Below, in pieces: positions 31,254 to 41,969 of a stretch of DNA of 64,000 nucleotides. The DNA is from an uncultured delta proteobacterium (GTDB lineage: Bacteria > Desulfobacterota > Desulfobacteria > Desulfobacterales > QNYZ01). A program made the translations under genes and the position numbers. The stretch lies in the NCBI GenBank assembly GCA_963845145.1, contig CAWJQU010000001.1:32001-96000 (forward strand), written 5' to 3'. Numbering within the stretch: the first letter of the stretch is position 1; each line of letters opens with the position of its first letter. The notes beneath the pieces are model-generated. The model was not told the DNA's origin. It made no database searches and saw only the letters and a program-made list of their open reading frames with translations.

Positions 31254-31325
31254 ATTAGACCAAATTAAATCAGGCCAGGTTAAATCAGGCCAGGCCATTC
31301 AGTCCGGGAAACATAGGATAGTCTT

Positions 31326-32486
31326 TTGGACGTGAGCAGGGATATTGACGAAAAGTATATGGCCCTGGCCCTTGAACTGGCTGAAAAGGGACGGGGAACC
31401 ACATCACCCAACCCTATGGTGGGCGCGGTCCTTGTCAAGGACGGCCGTATCATCGGCCGGGGGTACCATGTCGCAGCTGGCGAACCCCATGCTGAAGTTA
31501 ACGCCATCAATGGCGCCAAAGAGAATCCACGGGACGCCACCCTCTATGTCACATTAGAGCCGTGCAACCATACCGGCCGAACGCCCCCGTGCACCCAAAA
31601 AATCATCGATGCCGCTATTGTGCGGGTGGTAATCGCCATGCCGGACCCCAATCCCCATGTGAAGGGTGGCGGCATCCGCGCTTTAGAATCCCATGGCATT
31701 GCCGTCACCTGTAACGTGATGGAAAAGAAAGCCCGTCGGGTAAATGAAGCGTTTATCAAATTCGTTCAAACCGGACATCCCTTCGTAATCGTCAAATGCG
31801 CCGCCACCCTCGATGGTTGGCTGGCAACACGAACCCACGATTCCAAGTGGGTGACTGGAGAATCGGCCCGGGGCTATGTTCATCAGGTTCGCCATGCCGT
31901 CGATGCCATCATGGTGGGGATTGGAACGGTTCGGGCGGACAACCCGAGCCTGACGACCCGGCTGAACAATCATACTGATAGTCATCCGAATGCCCCATTG
32001 GATACCCGGTTGGATAATCAACAGGGCCGGGATCCGGTGCGCATCGTCATTGACCCGACCCTCTCCATCGATCCGAATGCACGCCTGCTTAATGTACCTT
32101 CGAAAGCGGAAACAATCCTGGTGACCGACAAGGATGTTGATGCCGCCAAAGCGGACCACCTGCGGCAGCGGGGAATCATGTTGACCACAGACCTTTACGA
32201 GAACGGATCTATTGATTTTATTCGGCTGATGAGCTACCTCGGGAGTAGACAGATAACCAGTCTTCTCATCGAAGGTGGTGGTGGCGTCATCGGGTCGGCC
32301 CTGCGGGCCGGCGTGGTAGATAAATGCCTGTTTTTTTTCGCGCCCAAAATTCTGGGAGGCGATGACGGTGTTCCCATCTGCCGAGGCATCGGGCCGATGG
32401 CCATGAAGGACTGTTTAAACCTGACGACTGTTAAAACCCGGCGGTTTGGTGATGACATTTTAATTGAGGGCTACATCGCCAAATAG
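31326..32486 (+). CDS. ribD: Riboflavin biosynthesis deaminase/reductase
   Basis: PNPMVG, HAE, TLEPCNH.GRTPPC, IEGGG. Confidence 0.94.
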   Translation: MDVSRDIDEKYMALALELAEKGRGTTSPNPMVGAVLVKDGRIIGRGYHVAAGEPHAEVNAINGAKENPRDATLYVTLEPCNHTGRTPPCTQKIIDAAIVRVVIAMPDPNPHVKGGGIRALESHGIAVTCNVMEKKARRVNEAFIKFVQTGHPFVIVKCAATLDGWLATRTHDSKWVTGESARGYVHQVRHAVDAIMVGIGTVRADNPSLTTRLNNHTDSHPNAPLDTRLDNQQGRDPVRIVIDPTLSIDPNARLLNVPSKAETILVTDKDVDAAKADHLRQRGIMLTTDLYENGSIDFIRLMSYLGSRQITSLLIEGGGGVIGSALRAGVVDKCLFFFAPKILGGDDGVPICRGIGPMAMKDCLNLTTVKTRRFGDDILIEGYIAK

Positions 32487-32576
32487 CTGTTTGATTATTT
32501 GCGCAGGCAACCTGATAGATTTTCGGCCTTGGTTGAACAATCGGCACCACCGGCCAAAAAAACGGAGTATACGGTC

Positions 32577-33284
32577 ATGTTTACCGGAATCATCGAAACA
32601 CTCGGCACAGTAACCGGCGCCCACACCATCGGCGGCGGAAAAAGGCTGGCTGTCGATGCAGGTCTGCCATTGGATGGCACGCGTATCGGGGACAGCATTG
32701 CCGTTAACGGGGCCTGCTTAACCGTGGTCGAACTGAGTTCCCGTCGGTTCTCAGCCGATGTGTCACCGGAAACCCTTAACAAAACCACGTTTAACGAAAT
32801 TAAAATCGGTCAGCGCGTAAACATTGAGCGGGCCATGCGCCTTTCTGATCGACTCGACGGTCATCTTGTCTCAGGCCATATCGACGAGATCGGTGCCATT
32901 CGATCAATGGATAAACAGGGGAATGCCATTGTTGTTACCGTGGATGTTCCCGCTGTACTGGGAAAACAGATGATTGCCAAGGGATCGGTGGCGATGGACG
33001 GCATCAGCCTGACCATAAACACCTGTGGCGAGACATTTTTCAGTGTTAGCATCATCCCCCACACGGCCAAAGGAACAACTATTGGGTTTTATCGTCCCAA
33101 CACCCGTGTTAATATTGAAACGGATATGATCGGTAAATATGTGGCCCATTTTACCGGCGCCGGAAGGGCTGAAAGTACGGACGATCAAGAGAACGTAAAC
33201 GTAAGGAAAACATCAACCATCGACTTGAACTTATTGGGTTCATCCGGATTTTTAACCAACTCTCAGATAGGAGCGAAATATTAA
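32577..33284 (+). CDS. ribE: Riboflavin synthase (alpha chain)
   Basis: [28 protein letters not shown]. Confidence 0.93.
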   Translation: MFTGIIETLGTVTGAHTIGGGKRLAVDAGLPLDGTRIGDSIAVNGACLTVVELSSRRFSADVSPETLNKTTFNEIKIGQRVNIERAMRLSDRLDGHLVSGHIDEIGAIRSMDKQGNAIVVTVDVPAVLGKQMIAKGSVAMDGISLTINTCGETFFSVSIIPHTAKGTTIGFYRPNTRVNIETDMIGKYVAHFTGAGRAESTDDQENVNVRKTSTIDLNLLGSSGFLTNSQIGAKY

Positions 33285-33287
33285 GAT

Positions 33288-34502
33288 ATGGCGATTATTT
33301 CCATTGCAGAGGCAATAGCCGATATCAAAAACGGAAAAATGGTTATTTTAGTGGATGATGAGGATCGTGAAAACGAAGGGGATTTGACCATTGCGGCGGA
33401 AAAGGTGACGCCCGAGATCATTAACTTTATGGCCACCCATGGCCGCGGTCTCATCTGCCTGCCGCTTACCAGTGAAAAATGCGATCAACTGGGCCTATCT
33501 ATGATGGTCGAAAACAATACCTCTCCGTTTGAAACGGGTTTCACCGTATCCATTGAGGCCCGCCACGGCATAACAACCGGAATTTCAGCTGCCGATCGCG
33601 CCACAACCATTAAAGCTGCAGTGGCTCCCGATGCCAAACCGGATGATCTCGTTCGCCCGGGGCATATATTTCCGTTACGGGCTAAAAACGGTGGTGCAAT
33701 CGTAAGGGCCGGTCAAACAGAGGGCTCCGTTGACCTTGCCAGGCTGGCTGGGCTGATGCCGGCCGCCGTCATTTGTGAAATCATGAAGGATGACGGCACC
33801 ATGGCCCGCATGGATTCACTGGAAGAATTCAGTGAAGCGTACGGTATCGGTATTTGTACTATCGCGGATTTGATCGAATATCGCATGCAAACCGAATCGA
33901 TCGTGCGTCGGGCTGTGGAAGCAACGGTGCCGACGAGTGATTTTGGAAAATTTAAGGTGATTGTGTTTGAAAACGATATGGAGGATCTGCAACACATTGC
34001 CATCGTCAAGGGTGAAATTGATGCCGATAAACCGGTGCTGGTGCGCGTTCACTCCGAATGCCTGACCGGCGATATTTTCGGTTCCCTGCGATGCGACTGC
34101 GGGGACCGGTTTCACGAGGCGTTGCGAATGATCTCCGAAGAGGGCTGCGGCGTGCTGTTGTATGTCCGCCAGGAGGGCCGTGGGATCGGCCTGATCAATA
34201 AGCTAAACGCATACAATCTCATGGACGAAGGCCAGGATACCCAAGATGCAGACGGACAACTCGGGTTTGAGCCCAATGTACGTAATTATGGCATCGGTGC
34301 CCAGGCCCTGGTAAATCTCGGTGTACGCAAAATTCGATTAATGACCAATAATCCCAAAAAAATGGTCGGCCTCCAAGGATATGGTTTGCATATCGTCGAA
34401 CAGATTCGTATCGAGGTCGAATCCAATCAATACAACCAGGGATATTTGCCGTGCCAAAAGCTGAAAGTAGGCCACCTGCTGAATCTGGGCGCCACGCCGT
34501 AA
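33288..34502 (+). CDS. ribBA: Bifunctional DHBP synthase / GTP cyclohydrolase II
   Basis: [28 protein letters not shown]...RCDCG, QEGRGIG. Confidence 0.92.
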   Translation: MAIISIAEAIADIKNGKMVILVDDEDRENEGDLTIAAEKVTPEIINFMATHGRGLICLPLTSEKCDQLGLSMMVENNTSPFETGFTVSIEARHGITTGISAADRATTIKAAVAPDAKPDDLVRPGHIFPLRAKNGGAIVRAGQTEGSVDLARLAGLMPAAVICEIMKDDGTMARMDSLEEFSEAYGIGICTIADLIEYRMQTESIVRRAVEATVPTSDFGKFKVIVFENDMEDLQHIAIVKGEIDADKPVLVRVHSECLTGDIFGSLRCDCGDRFHEALRMISEEGCGVLLYVRQEGRGIGLINKLNAYNLMDEGQDTQDADGQLGFEPNVRNYGIGAQALVNLGVRKIRLMTNNPKKMVGLQGYGLHIVEQIRIEVESNQYNQGYLPCQKLKVGHLLNLGATP

Positions 34503-34681
34503 GGGTGATGGTGCAAGTTATTTGTTGATTATGCAAATAGGATTCAAGTCACGGCCTGAATGATTTTAAGCTTTGAGCCCTTGCCCCTTGAAGGCTGTTT
34601 TCATCGTTTTAAGTCTGAGGACATCGATTACAGTATATTTCAGTTCATAAGATTAAATTTCGCAAAAAAAGAGGTGGTTTC

Positions 34682-35152
34682 ATGCCCAATCTGATTGAAG
34701 CAAAATTAACGGCGGAGGGAAAAAAGTTCGCGCTCATAGCCAGCCGATTCAACGATTTTATTACCGACCGTCTGGTGGGTGGTGCCTTGGATGCCCTGAT
34801 ACGAGCAGGCGCCCAGGATCAGGATATCGATATTGTCAAGGTCCCTGGTGCCTTTGAAATTCCGTTGGTCGCCCAGAAGCTGGTGGAAAAAAAGCGCCAT
34901 GATGCGATCATTTGCCTGGGCGCCGTCATCCGTGGCGCCACACCCCATTTTGACTATGTCGCTGCCGAAGTCAGCAAAGGCATCGCTCAAGTGGGACTAT
35001 CCGCCGGTGTCCCGGTCATTTTCGGAATTATCACCACCGATACCATTGAACAAGCCATCGAGCGCGCCGGAGCCAAGGCGGGTAACAAGGGCTTCAGTGC
35101 CGCGATGACCGGCATCGAAATGGCCAATTTGAACCAGCAACTCGATCAGTAA
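34682..35152 (+). CDS. ribH: 6,7-dimethyl-8-ribityllumazine synthase
   Basis: [29 protein letters not shown]. Confidence 0.95.
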   Translation: MPNLIEAKLTAEGKKFALIASRFNDFITDRLVGGALDALIRAGAQDQDIDIVKVPGAFEIPLVAQKLVEKKRHDAIICLGAVIRGATPHFDYVAAEVSKGIAQVGLSAGVPVIFGIITTDTIEQAIERAGAKAGNKGFSAAMTGIEMANLNQQLDQ

Positions 35153-35257
35153 CACTTAACATTTGCCATATTTGGGGCCGTATTTTGGATGTTGTGTCGA
35201 TACAACCGGCAACCATTTGTTCAATGGCGAAAAAAAACATTGAAGTAGCATAAAACT

Positions 35258-35891
35258 ATGGGTTTTCGAAGACGAGCGCGAGAGCTTGCCATGCAGGCCC
35301 TCTATTATATAGATATACGTGGAGGCGATTCGAATGGGAAACTGTTTCTTTTTCGAAAGCTTCATTCTCCCCCTCAAAATTCGAAAACTTTCTTTCATCG
35401 AACTAGTAAGTGGCGTTCGCCGAAACCGTCAGGCCCTGGATAAGATTATCGAAGATTTTTCCAGCAACTGGAAAATCTCCAGAATGTCTTGCGTGGATCG
35501 AAATATTCTTCGCATCGCTGTTTATGAATTGTTGGTCATGGAGGATATACCGGTTAAAGTCTCGATTAATGAAGCCATCGATATCGGTAAAAAGTACGGC
35601 ACTCAGGACTCAGGCGCCTTTATCAACGGCATCCTTGACGGTATTCACCAGGCTTGGGATCAAGGGGAAATTAAATTTAAACCGTTGATGGCTTTCGAGG
35701 GAAATGAGCCAACCGAGACCGCCATAGGCACAAAGAGCAATGAAGCGGTGAGTGCCGAATCACATCTGAAAGCCGGTATGAAACCGGGCAGAGCCTCCCC
35801 TAAATCGATCCGCCTGGCACCGGGTTTACGCAAACGAATGGCTGTCCGGTCCAAGGAACCCTACAACCAAGAAAGAGACTATGACAGTTGA
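35258..35891 (+). CDS. nusB: Transcription antitermination factor NusB (frameshift near 35330-35350; long basic C-terminal tail)
   Basis: [13 protein letters not shown] in one frame; [25 protein letters not shown] in the next. Confidence 0.85.
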
Positions 35892-35925
35892 TTGAAACAT
35901 TTATTAAAAAAAGGAGATCCTCACC

Positions 35926-36552
35926 TTGATTATCAAAAAGCTTCCGGTCGGCCCCATCATGGCCAATTGCTTTATCCTCGGTTGCGAAGAAACCAAAAAA
36001 GCGGCAGTCATCGATCCCGGCGATGAAACGGATAAGATTCTAATGACCCTCGCCCAGAATAATTTGACAGTCGAACAGATTATTAACACCCATTGCCATT
36101 TTGACCATGCCGGGGGAAATAAAAAAATGTGTGACGCCACTGGCGCACCGTTGGTCCTCCATCCTGCGGAAATTCCGGTGTTAGAGCATCTTGCTCACAG
36201 TGCGGCCCGCTGGGGTCTGTCGGCAGACGCGTCCCCGCCACCGGATCGGGAAGTTGGGGATGGCGATACCATTACTTTCGGGAATATTACCTTGACCGTA
36301 ATCCACACGCCCGGCCACTCTCCCGGTGGGATATGCCTGCACACAAATGGCCATATATTCGTGGGAGATACCCTATTCGCCGGTTCAATCGGTCGAACCG
36401 ATTTTCCCGGGGGCAGTCATGAAGAACTGCTGGCCAGTATCCGCGAAAAGCTTTTCCGGCTGGATGACGATGTGCGGGTTTATACCGGCCATGGCCCTGA
36501 AACGACCATTGGAACGGAAAAACAGTCCAATCCGTTTGTACGCATGGTGTAG
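35926..36552 (+). CDS. MBL-fold metallo-hydrolase (glyoxalase II-like)
   Basis: THCHFDH, TPGHSPG, GDTLF..SIGRTD, GHG. Confidence 0.9.
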   Translation: MIIKKLPVGPIMANCFILGCEETKKAAVIDPGDETDKILMTLAQNNLTVEQIINTHCHFDHAGGNKKMCDATGAPLVLHPAEIPVLEHLAHSAARWGLSADASPPPDREVGDGDTITFGNITLTVIHTPGHSPGGICLHTNGHIFVGDTLFAGSIGRTDFPGGSHEELLASIREKLFRLDDDVRVYTGHGPETTIGTEKQSNPFVRMV

Positions 36553-36614
36553 TGTTACCAAAGCCCAAATCGGCCAAGGGTAGGTATTGATGGGGATGTT
36601 GGGTTCGCCGTTCT

Positions 36615-38012
36615 CTATTTTCTGGCCATCCCCTTAAATTTTAATATATCAAAAAAGACAATGATGTTGTTGATGTAATGGACGGGTTCCAAGCCTCGGC
36701 AATAACCATATTTTGTTTTTTGATAATATTCGGGCTCACTCAACAACGGCAGTGTTTTTTTAAGTGACGCCCATTTATCCGGGTCCAGGCCCTGCTTACG
36801 AGCGAGATTGCGGGCATCTAAAATGTGGCCCATCCCTACATTGTAAGCGGCCAGAGCGATATACAATCGATTCTTGCCTTGGGCTTTATCGTAAAAGTCG
36901 AAAAGAAACTTGAGGTGCCGAATACCGGCCTCGATATTCTGACACGGGTCATGGACATCCACAACGCCCAAACTATCCGCCGTATTTATGCTGATCTGCA
37001 TCAGGCCGTGAGCGCTTTGATAACTCACAGCCATGGGGTCAAAACGTGACTCCTGGTACATTTGTGCGGCAATCAGGCGCCAATCAAAACCATTTTGTTC
37101 AGCAAACTTTTGAAGAAATGGCTGATATTCGGGCAGTGCCTGGTTCACCCCCCGATGAAATGCACGTATATCCACAAAATCGAATTCATCGATCCCGGTA
37201 AAATAGTGGTTAAAAATTCGATCAAATTCACCATTTTTTTTTATGGTATTATAAAATGCATTCATTTGGCCTTGCAACTGTGTTGCCTGGGGATGAACGG
37301 CCCAGCCCAAATGCTCTTCGGCGCTGATGGGACCGGCAAGCGTGATCTGGGGATAATACCGTTGCGAGAGCATGGCTACCAGGTTGTCGGCAATCGTGAT
37401 ATCAATGGATTTATTGGCGACCTTCCGAATCAACTCAGTGGTTTCCATGCCATTATGTAACTGAAGGTTGACATCAATGTCCGCTGCCCTCAGAACCTCT
37501 AAGTGTTCATGATATGAAGTGCCCCGACTCACATGGACGGTCTTACCGGCCAGGTCTTCGGCGCCCTTAATCTGGGATTGGTGCCGATGGACAATAATAT
37601 GCGGCTGAATTGAATGATAGCCATTCGAAAAAGCCACACGGTCCTGCCGGGTTGGTGTGATGGTCATACTGGCGGCGATAAAATCGCCCTTACCGTTTAG
37701 AAGGTCAGGAATCATGCGATCCCAGCGATCGGCAACTTTCACATTGAGCCTAACGCCCAGATAGTCGGCAAATGCTTTGGCCAGATCGTATTCAAATCCC
37801 ATGGGCCGGTCACGATAGAGATAGTAGCACCAGGGGTTATTCCGGGTGATAACGGTGATTTCACGAGATGCGAGAATATCGTCCAAAAAACTCTTGTCCG
37901 GGGCCTGGCTGCAAGCGGTCATAAGACCGATAGAAACCAACACGGCCATCAGCGTCTTGACAGTCTGATGCGATAGCTTAATGTATTTGTAGGTTAAAAT
38001 CGATATCGACAT
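36615..38012 (-). CDS. mltF: Membrane-bound lytic murein transglycosylase F
   Basis: N-terminal solute-binding domain (GFEYDLA) plus SLT domain YQES, GLMQ, AAYNVG.GH, YGYCRG.EP; start uncertain. Confidence 0.88.
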   Translation of the reverse strand: MSISILTYKYIKLSHQTVKTLMAVLVSIGLMTACSQAPDKSFLDDILASREITVITRNNPWCYYLYRDRPMGFEYDLAKAFADYLGVRLNVKVADRWDRMIPDLLNGKGDFIAASMTITPTRQDRVAFSNGYHSIQPHIIVHRHQSQIKGAEDLAGKTVHVSRGTSYHEHLEVLRAADIDVNLQLHNGMETTELIRKVANKSIDITIADNLVAMLSQRYYPQITLAGPISAEEHLGWAVHPQATQLQGQMNAFYNTIKKNGEFDRIFNHYFTGIDEFDFVDIRAFHRGVNQALPEYQPFLQKFAEQNGFDWRLIAAQMYQESRFDPMAVSYQSAHGLMQISINTADSLGVVDVHDPCQNIEAGIRHLKFLFDFYDKAQGKNRLYIALAAYNVGMGHILDARNLARKQGLDPDKWASLKKTLPLLSEPEYYQKTKYGYCRGLEPVHYINNIIVFFDILKFKGMARK

Positions 38013-38240
38013 TTTATACCTTGGCCGGACAGCCAAGTTTCTTGGCACCAAACCCGGCGATAAAAGGCAATTTATAACGAACATTGGTTGTCTTGTCCAT
38101 GAAATGACGGTTGACAATTTAAATTTGAATAATGTATTTAAGTATTATTTTAAGTACCTTATCCGATTATTCAAGTATGCGGGACATTACCGGTTTGGGA
38201 ATAAAGTGAAATCGATCGCTCTATTCGGCGGGAAAAGTGC

Positions 38241-38999
38241 ATGTATACCTCATTATATCAAAAGATAAAGCCGCTCATCTATGCCGGTGAAAGTGGTATT
38301 TTAAAGATTTATCACGACTATGGTAAAAAGGGCGTGATTGTGCTGGGAGAAGGACTGGTTGAAGGCATACGCGCTGAAGAGACGAGCGGCAAAGCGGCAG
38401 CCGGTACATGTGCCAAATGGGTGAGTATTACAACGACTTTTCTGCAAGGCGAAAAAAAAAATGATGAAGATCTAGTCGCTGTAGATACAGGTAAGTTTAT
38501 GGTTATATTGGAAAAAGCCCACAAAATGATTAAAAAAATAAACACCATGGTACCTGGAAATGATTCAATCTTCATGGGGAATCCCCGATTGGCCCACCTG
38601 CACAAACGCTATTCCGAGGCCGACGCCAAGGTCATGGGCCTACTAAACGGAAACCGAACTATCAGTCGAATTGTTATGGATGCCGGATTCCCCGAACTTG
38701 ATATTCTTATCAGCGTCTTCCGTCTTGGCGCTTCAGGCGTCGCCCGGCTCTTGGTTGCCAACAAGTTAATGAGTGATGAAGAACGGCTTGATTTCTTGAG
38801 CGCCTTGACGATGCGATTGAGCATATACATGGGACCAGCCGCCGAAGTGTTGATCCGTGACGCCTTTAGTGCCCTCGGACATGGGCCGGAAATACTAACC
38901 CGGGATGAAATTCCCGAAATTATTGAAACGGTGGTTAACCCATTGGATATCGACGCCAAGACCGCCATGATTCAATGGAGCATGGCATATTCGGCCTAA
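38241..38999 (+). CDS. Hypothetical protein, DUF4388/PATAN-like N-terminus with a winged-helix-like region
   Basis: SGILKI...GVI.L.EG.V pattern; LLNGNRTI..I helix pattern; C-terminal YMGPAA. Confidence 0.5.
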   Translation: MYTSLYQKIKPLIYAGESGILKIYHDYGKKGVIVLGEGLVEGIRAEETSGKAAAGTCAKWVSITTTFLQGEKKNDEDLVAVDTGKFMVILEKAHKMIKKINTMVPGNDSIFMGNPRLAHLHKRYSEADAKVMGLLNGNRTISRIVMDAGFPELDILISVFRLGASGVARLLVANKLMSDEERLDFLSALTMRLSIYMGPAAEVLIRDAFSALGHGPEILTRDEIPEIIETVVNPLDIDAKTAMIQWSMAYSA

Positions 39000-39035
39000 C
39001 GATTCTCCCATTGGTTGCGGTGATGATACCCGCTT

Positions 39036-39746
39036 CTACCTGCTAAACTTTTTCCTCGATAATTCATTTAAAAAGCTCGTGACGATCTCGGTACTCGGGG
39101 ATAAACCGAATTTTTTTTCAAATGCACGTCGGAATGTCAAAACCGTTGGAGATCTGGTATTGACGAATTTAGCGATGAAGTCGTTTTGTACCGATTTCCC
39201 CTTGTCAGGCGGTTCGGTAGCGGCTGTCTTTTCACGCTTGCTATAAGCAAGTCGTTTCAGGAAATGCGCCACTAATTCTAAGGAGGGTTCTTTACCAAAA
39301 GTGGCTTCAAAAGATTTCCGGAAGCCCAGAACCGTAAGCCGTTTCTGGGAAGCCACTTGTTCGGCAAAGGCCATTTCAGAAACAGGGGCTTCGTTTGCCG
39401 CCTCTTGTTCTATTGGGTTCTCTATATCCGGGCCGGGTTCTTGAGGGTCCTGATTTGATTCCACAAGCTCCGAATCCGGGTTTGGGGCCTGTGGGCTTGT
39501 GCGTGATTTTTCAGGTTTCCGGTTTGCTTTCCGTCTTGATTTCTCTGGGTTCAGTTTTGTTTTATCAATATCATTTTTAAGAAGATCGTCGTAATAATCC
39601 AGCAGATCTGAGGTAGGCAGCTGCCCGAATTCCTCCAAAAACTCCGCCTTCAACCGTTCATGCGAGCCATCTTTTAAAGCCGCCACCTCTTTAGCGGTTT
39701 CTACCATCAGCTCCCAATGCGTCGAATGGGTATCTTCTTTTTTCAT
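39036..39746 (-). CDS. Hypothetical protein with a thrice-repeated F...FG..P motif
   Basis: 236-aa ORF with GGGAAGAG RBS; internal repeats. Confidence 0.65.
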   Translation of the reverse strand: MKKEDTHSTHWELMVETAKEVAALKDGSHERLKAEFLEEFGQLPTSDLLDYYDDLLKNDIDKTKLNPEKSRRKANRKPEKSRTSPQAPNPDSELVESNQDPQEPGPDIENPIEQEAANEAPVSEMAFAEQVASQKRLTVLGFRKSFEATFGKEPSLELVAHFLKRLAYSKREKTAATEPPDKGKSVQNDFIAKFVNTRSPTVLTFRRAFEKKFGLSPSTEIVTSFLNELSRKKFSR

Positions 39747-40159
39747 CTCTTCCCGATTGTCACAAAGGATCGTGATTGAACGCCTGTCTGCGATATATAG
39801 GCGCCATTAGCGCAAACATAACCGATTCTCCCTTTGCAAGGTTGGAATCAGGTTAGCACCATAGGATACATAATAGTTTATTTTACTACCCCTGTCTATA
39901 GAATATCCAAATATTCGGTAACAATTTGATATAATAGGATTTCTATAATTTTACATGATTAATTATTTTAAAACTACGTAAATGCCGTACCTATTAACTA
40001 CGAAAAAAATTCGATTGATTTTTCAATTATTTCAGGTTATTATTCTTGACTATCGTTTTGGTCGGAAGAGGCTGGTTTTTCTGACGGAAATTCATTCGCG
40101 AGCCGGATGAGAATCTGTTACCGCATATAGGCGGTTTTGTAAATACAAGGAATCAAACA

Positions 40160-40660
40160 ATGAGCGATATTTACAATTACAGAACATATCACGACTTGAT
40201 TTTCTGGCATCAAAATAAATTTCACGTATCGGTCAATATGTTTTCCGGTAAAGTATCCGGTCACCTGTTTAACGAAAAATATCGGCTGGAAAACGTGTTT
40301 TCCAACATTCAGTTTTATGGATTGGACAAAACAGCCATTGGATTTGGGGATATTGGTTATCAGTGGGCGGCCCGCATGGTTGTTTGGTGCAATGACGATA
40401 TTTATAACAACGGCGAACGCTGGATCACATGTCATCCAGATTCTCCCCTCTCCTGTGAGAAGGCGCCCACATGGATCAGGGATTTCTGCCGAGAGATAAA
40501 TGAGTTATTCGAAAATTATCCAAATATTAAGCGTTATATCAGAGATAACGATTTTACGACCAGGGATAACATTCAGCAAGAGTGTCAACGCCTGGCCGGT
40601 CTTATTGCGAAACATCAACGCACATATGTAGCACCACATCAAAACAAAAAGATGATGTAA
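40160..40660 (+). CDS. Hypothetical protein
   Basis: 166-aa ORF with AAGGA RBS; no family recognised. Confidence 0.6.
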   Translation: MSDIYNYRTYHDLIFWHQNKFHVSVNMFSGKVSGHLFNEKYRLENVFSNIQFYGLDKTAIGFGDIGYQWAARMVVWCNDDIYNNGERWITCHPDSPLSCEKAPTWIRDFCREINELFENYPNIKRYIRDNDFTTRDNIQQECQRLAGLIAKHQRTYVAPHQNKKMM

Positions 40661-40874
40661 ATGCCTTCGAATTATCCAGTCCATATTTTATCACCATTGT
40701 TGACACTGGTCTACGTCTTGTCTTCGTCCTGGTTTTTGTTGGGTTGACCGACTGATACTGATTCTGGGTTGATAAATATGGACTGGATTGCTACACCTCT
40801 CTCCGGACAAACCATCCAGCTATTTTTTAAAAAGAACGCCTTCAAAAGGTTGGGCCGGTAACAGGGAGTGATGC

Positions 40875-41924
40875 GTGAGTCAATATCTTTGGGAATGGAT
40901 TAAGGACGAGGCGATCCTTACCGGTTTTTTATCCGGCATGCCGACTTGGGTGTTGCTGCTAATTATTACGGTCTGCATTTTATTCCTATCAAAGGGTGCC
41001 GATTGGATGATCGACGGTGTCGTGGATCTTGCCCGCCGAACCGGCCTTCCAAAAATAGTCATTGGTGCTACGGTCATTTCTCTTGGCACGACCGCCCCCG
41101 AGGCTTTTGTGTCTGTAATGGCCGCTTTCATGGGAAACGCCGGCCTGGCCCTGGGCAATGGGGTCGGCTCGATCATTGCCGACACGGGGTTGATTTTTGG
41201 CTTGACCTGCATGGTATCCCGGGTACCGGTTCCCCGTTATATTTTAAACCGTACCGGATGGGTGCAGGTGGGTGTGGCGACACTGCTTGTGGCGATCGCT
41301 CTCGTCAAATATGGTCTTGACCCAAACCTACCTGTACTGGGCCGGGGTATCGGCCTGTTTTTTCTCATCCTCCTGGTCGTCTATATGGGATTAACCTACT
41401 ACTGGGCCCGAAGTGGGGACGCCGGACCCTCTACCGAGATAGAATCAGCGTACAACGAAAACGAAAAAGAGCCACCCCTCCTGCTCAGCTGGGGCCTCAT
41501 TATTGGAGGGCTGGGGCTGGTAATCCTCTCTGCGCGTATCTTGGTGCCGTCTGCTTCTGAAATTGCAACACGATTCGGCGTCCCTGATGATGTGATTGCC
41601 GCTACCATGGTAGCATTCGGGACTTCCCTACCGGAATTAATGACTGCCGTGGCATCCATAAAAAAGGGGCACCCTGAAATCACAGTGGGGAATATAGTGG
41701 GTGCTGATGTTTTAAACTGTCTGTTTGTCATCGGCGCCGCGGCATTTGCCCGGCCGTTGGTAATCGAAGCCAATTTCTTTCGATTTCATTTTCCGGTTAT
41801 GCTCATCATTCTTTGGTCTTTTCGTGCATTTATTACGATGAATCGTGACAACCACTTTAAAAAATGGCAGGGGGCCTGGCTGTTGACGGTTTATCTGGTC
41901 TACCTGGTCCTGCAGTATCTATGA
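40875..41924 (+). CDS. Calcium/sodium antiporter (CaCA family)
   Basis: Alpha repeats GTTAPE and GTSLPE, GNIVGAD. Confidence 0.9.
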   Translation: MSQYLWEWIKDEAILTGFLSGMPTWVLLLIITVCILFLSKGADWMIDGVVDLARRTGLPKIVIGATVISLGTTAPEAFVSVMAAFMGNAGLALGNGVGSIIADTGLIFGLTCMVSRVPVPRYILNRTGWVQVGVATLLVAIALVKYGLDPNLPVLGRGIGLFFLILLVVYMGLTYYWARSGDAGPSTEIESAYNENEKEPPLLLSWGLIIGGLGLVILSARILVPSASEIATRFGVPDDVIAATMVAFGTSLPELMTAVASIKKGHPEITVGNIVGADVLNCLFVIGAAAFARPLVIEANFFRFHFPVMLIILWSFRAFITMNRDNHFKKWQGAWLLTVYLVYLVLQYL

Positions 41925-41969
41925 TTCGTTTAAACCTTTTCTGCTTGCAAAGGATTTGGTTATCTGTTT

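Noticed and set aside
31254..31330. FMN riboswitch upstream of the rib genes
   Set aside because: No RFN consensus; the spacer is short tandem repeats and the rib genes follow nrdR directly
39843..39857. TGGAATCAGGTTAGC as a sigma54 promoter
   Set aside because: Spacing fits but flanking consensus is poor and it lies about 300 bp from the next start
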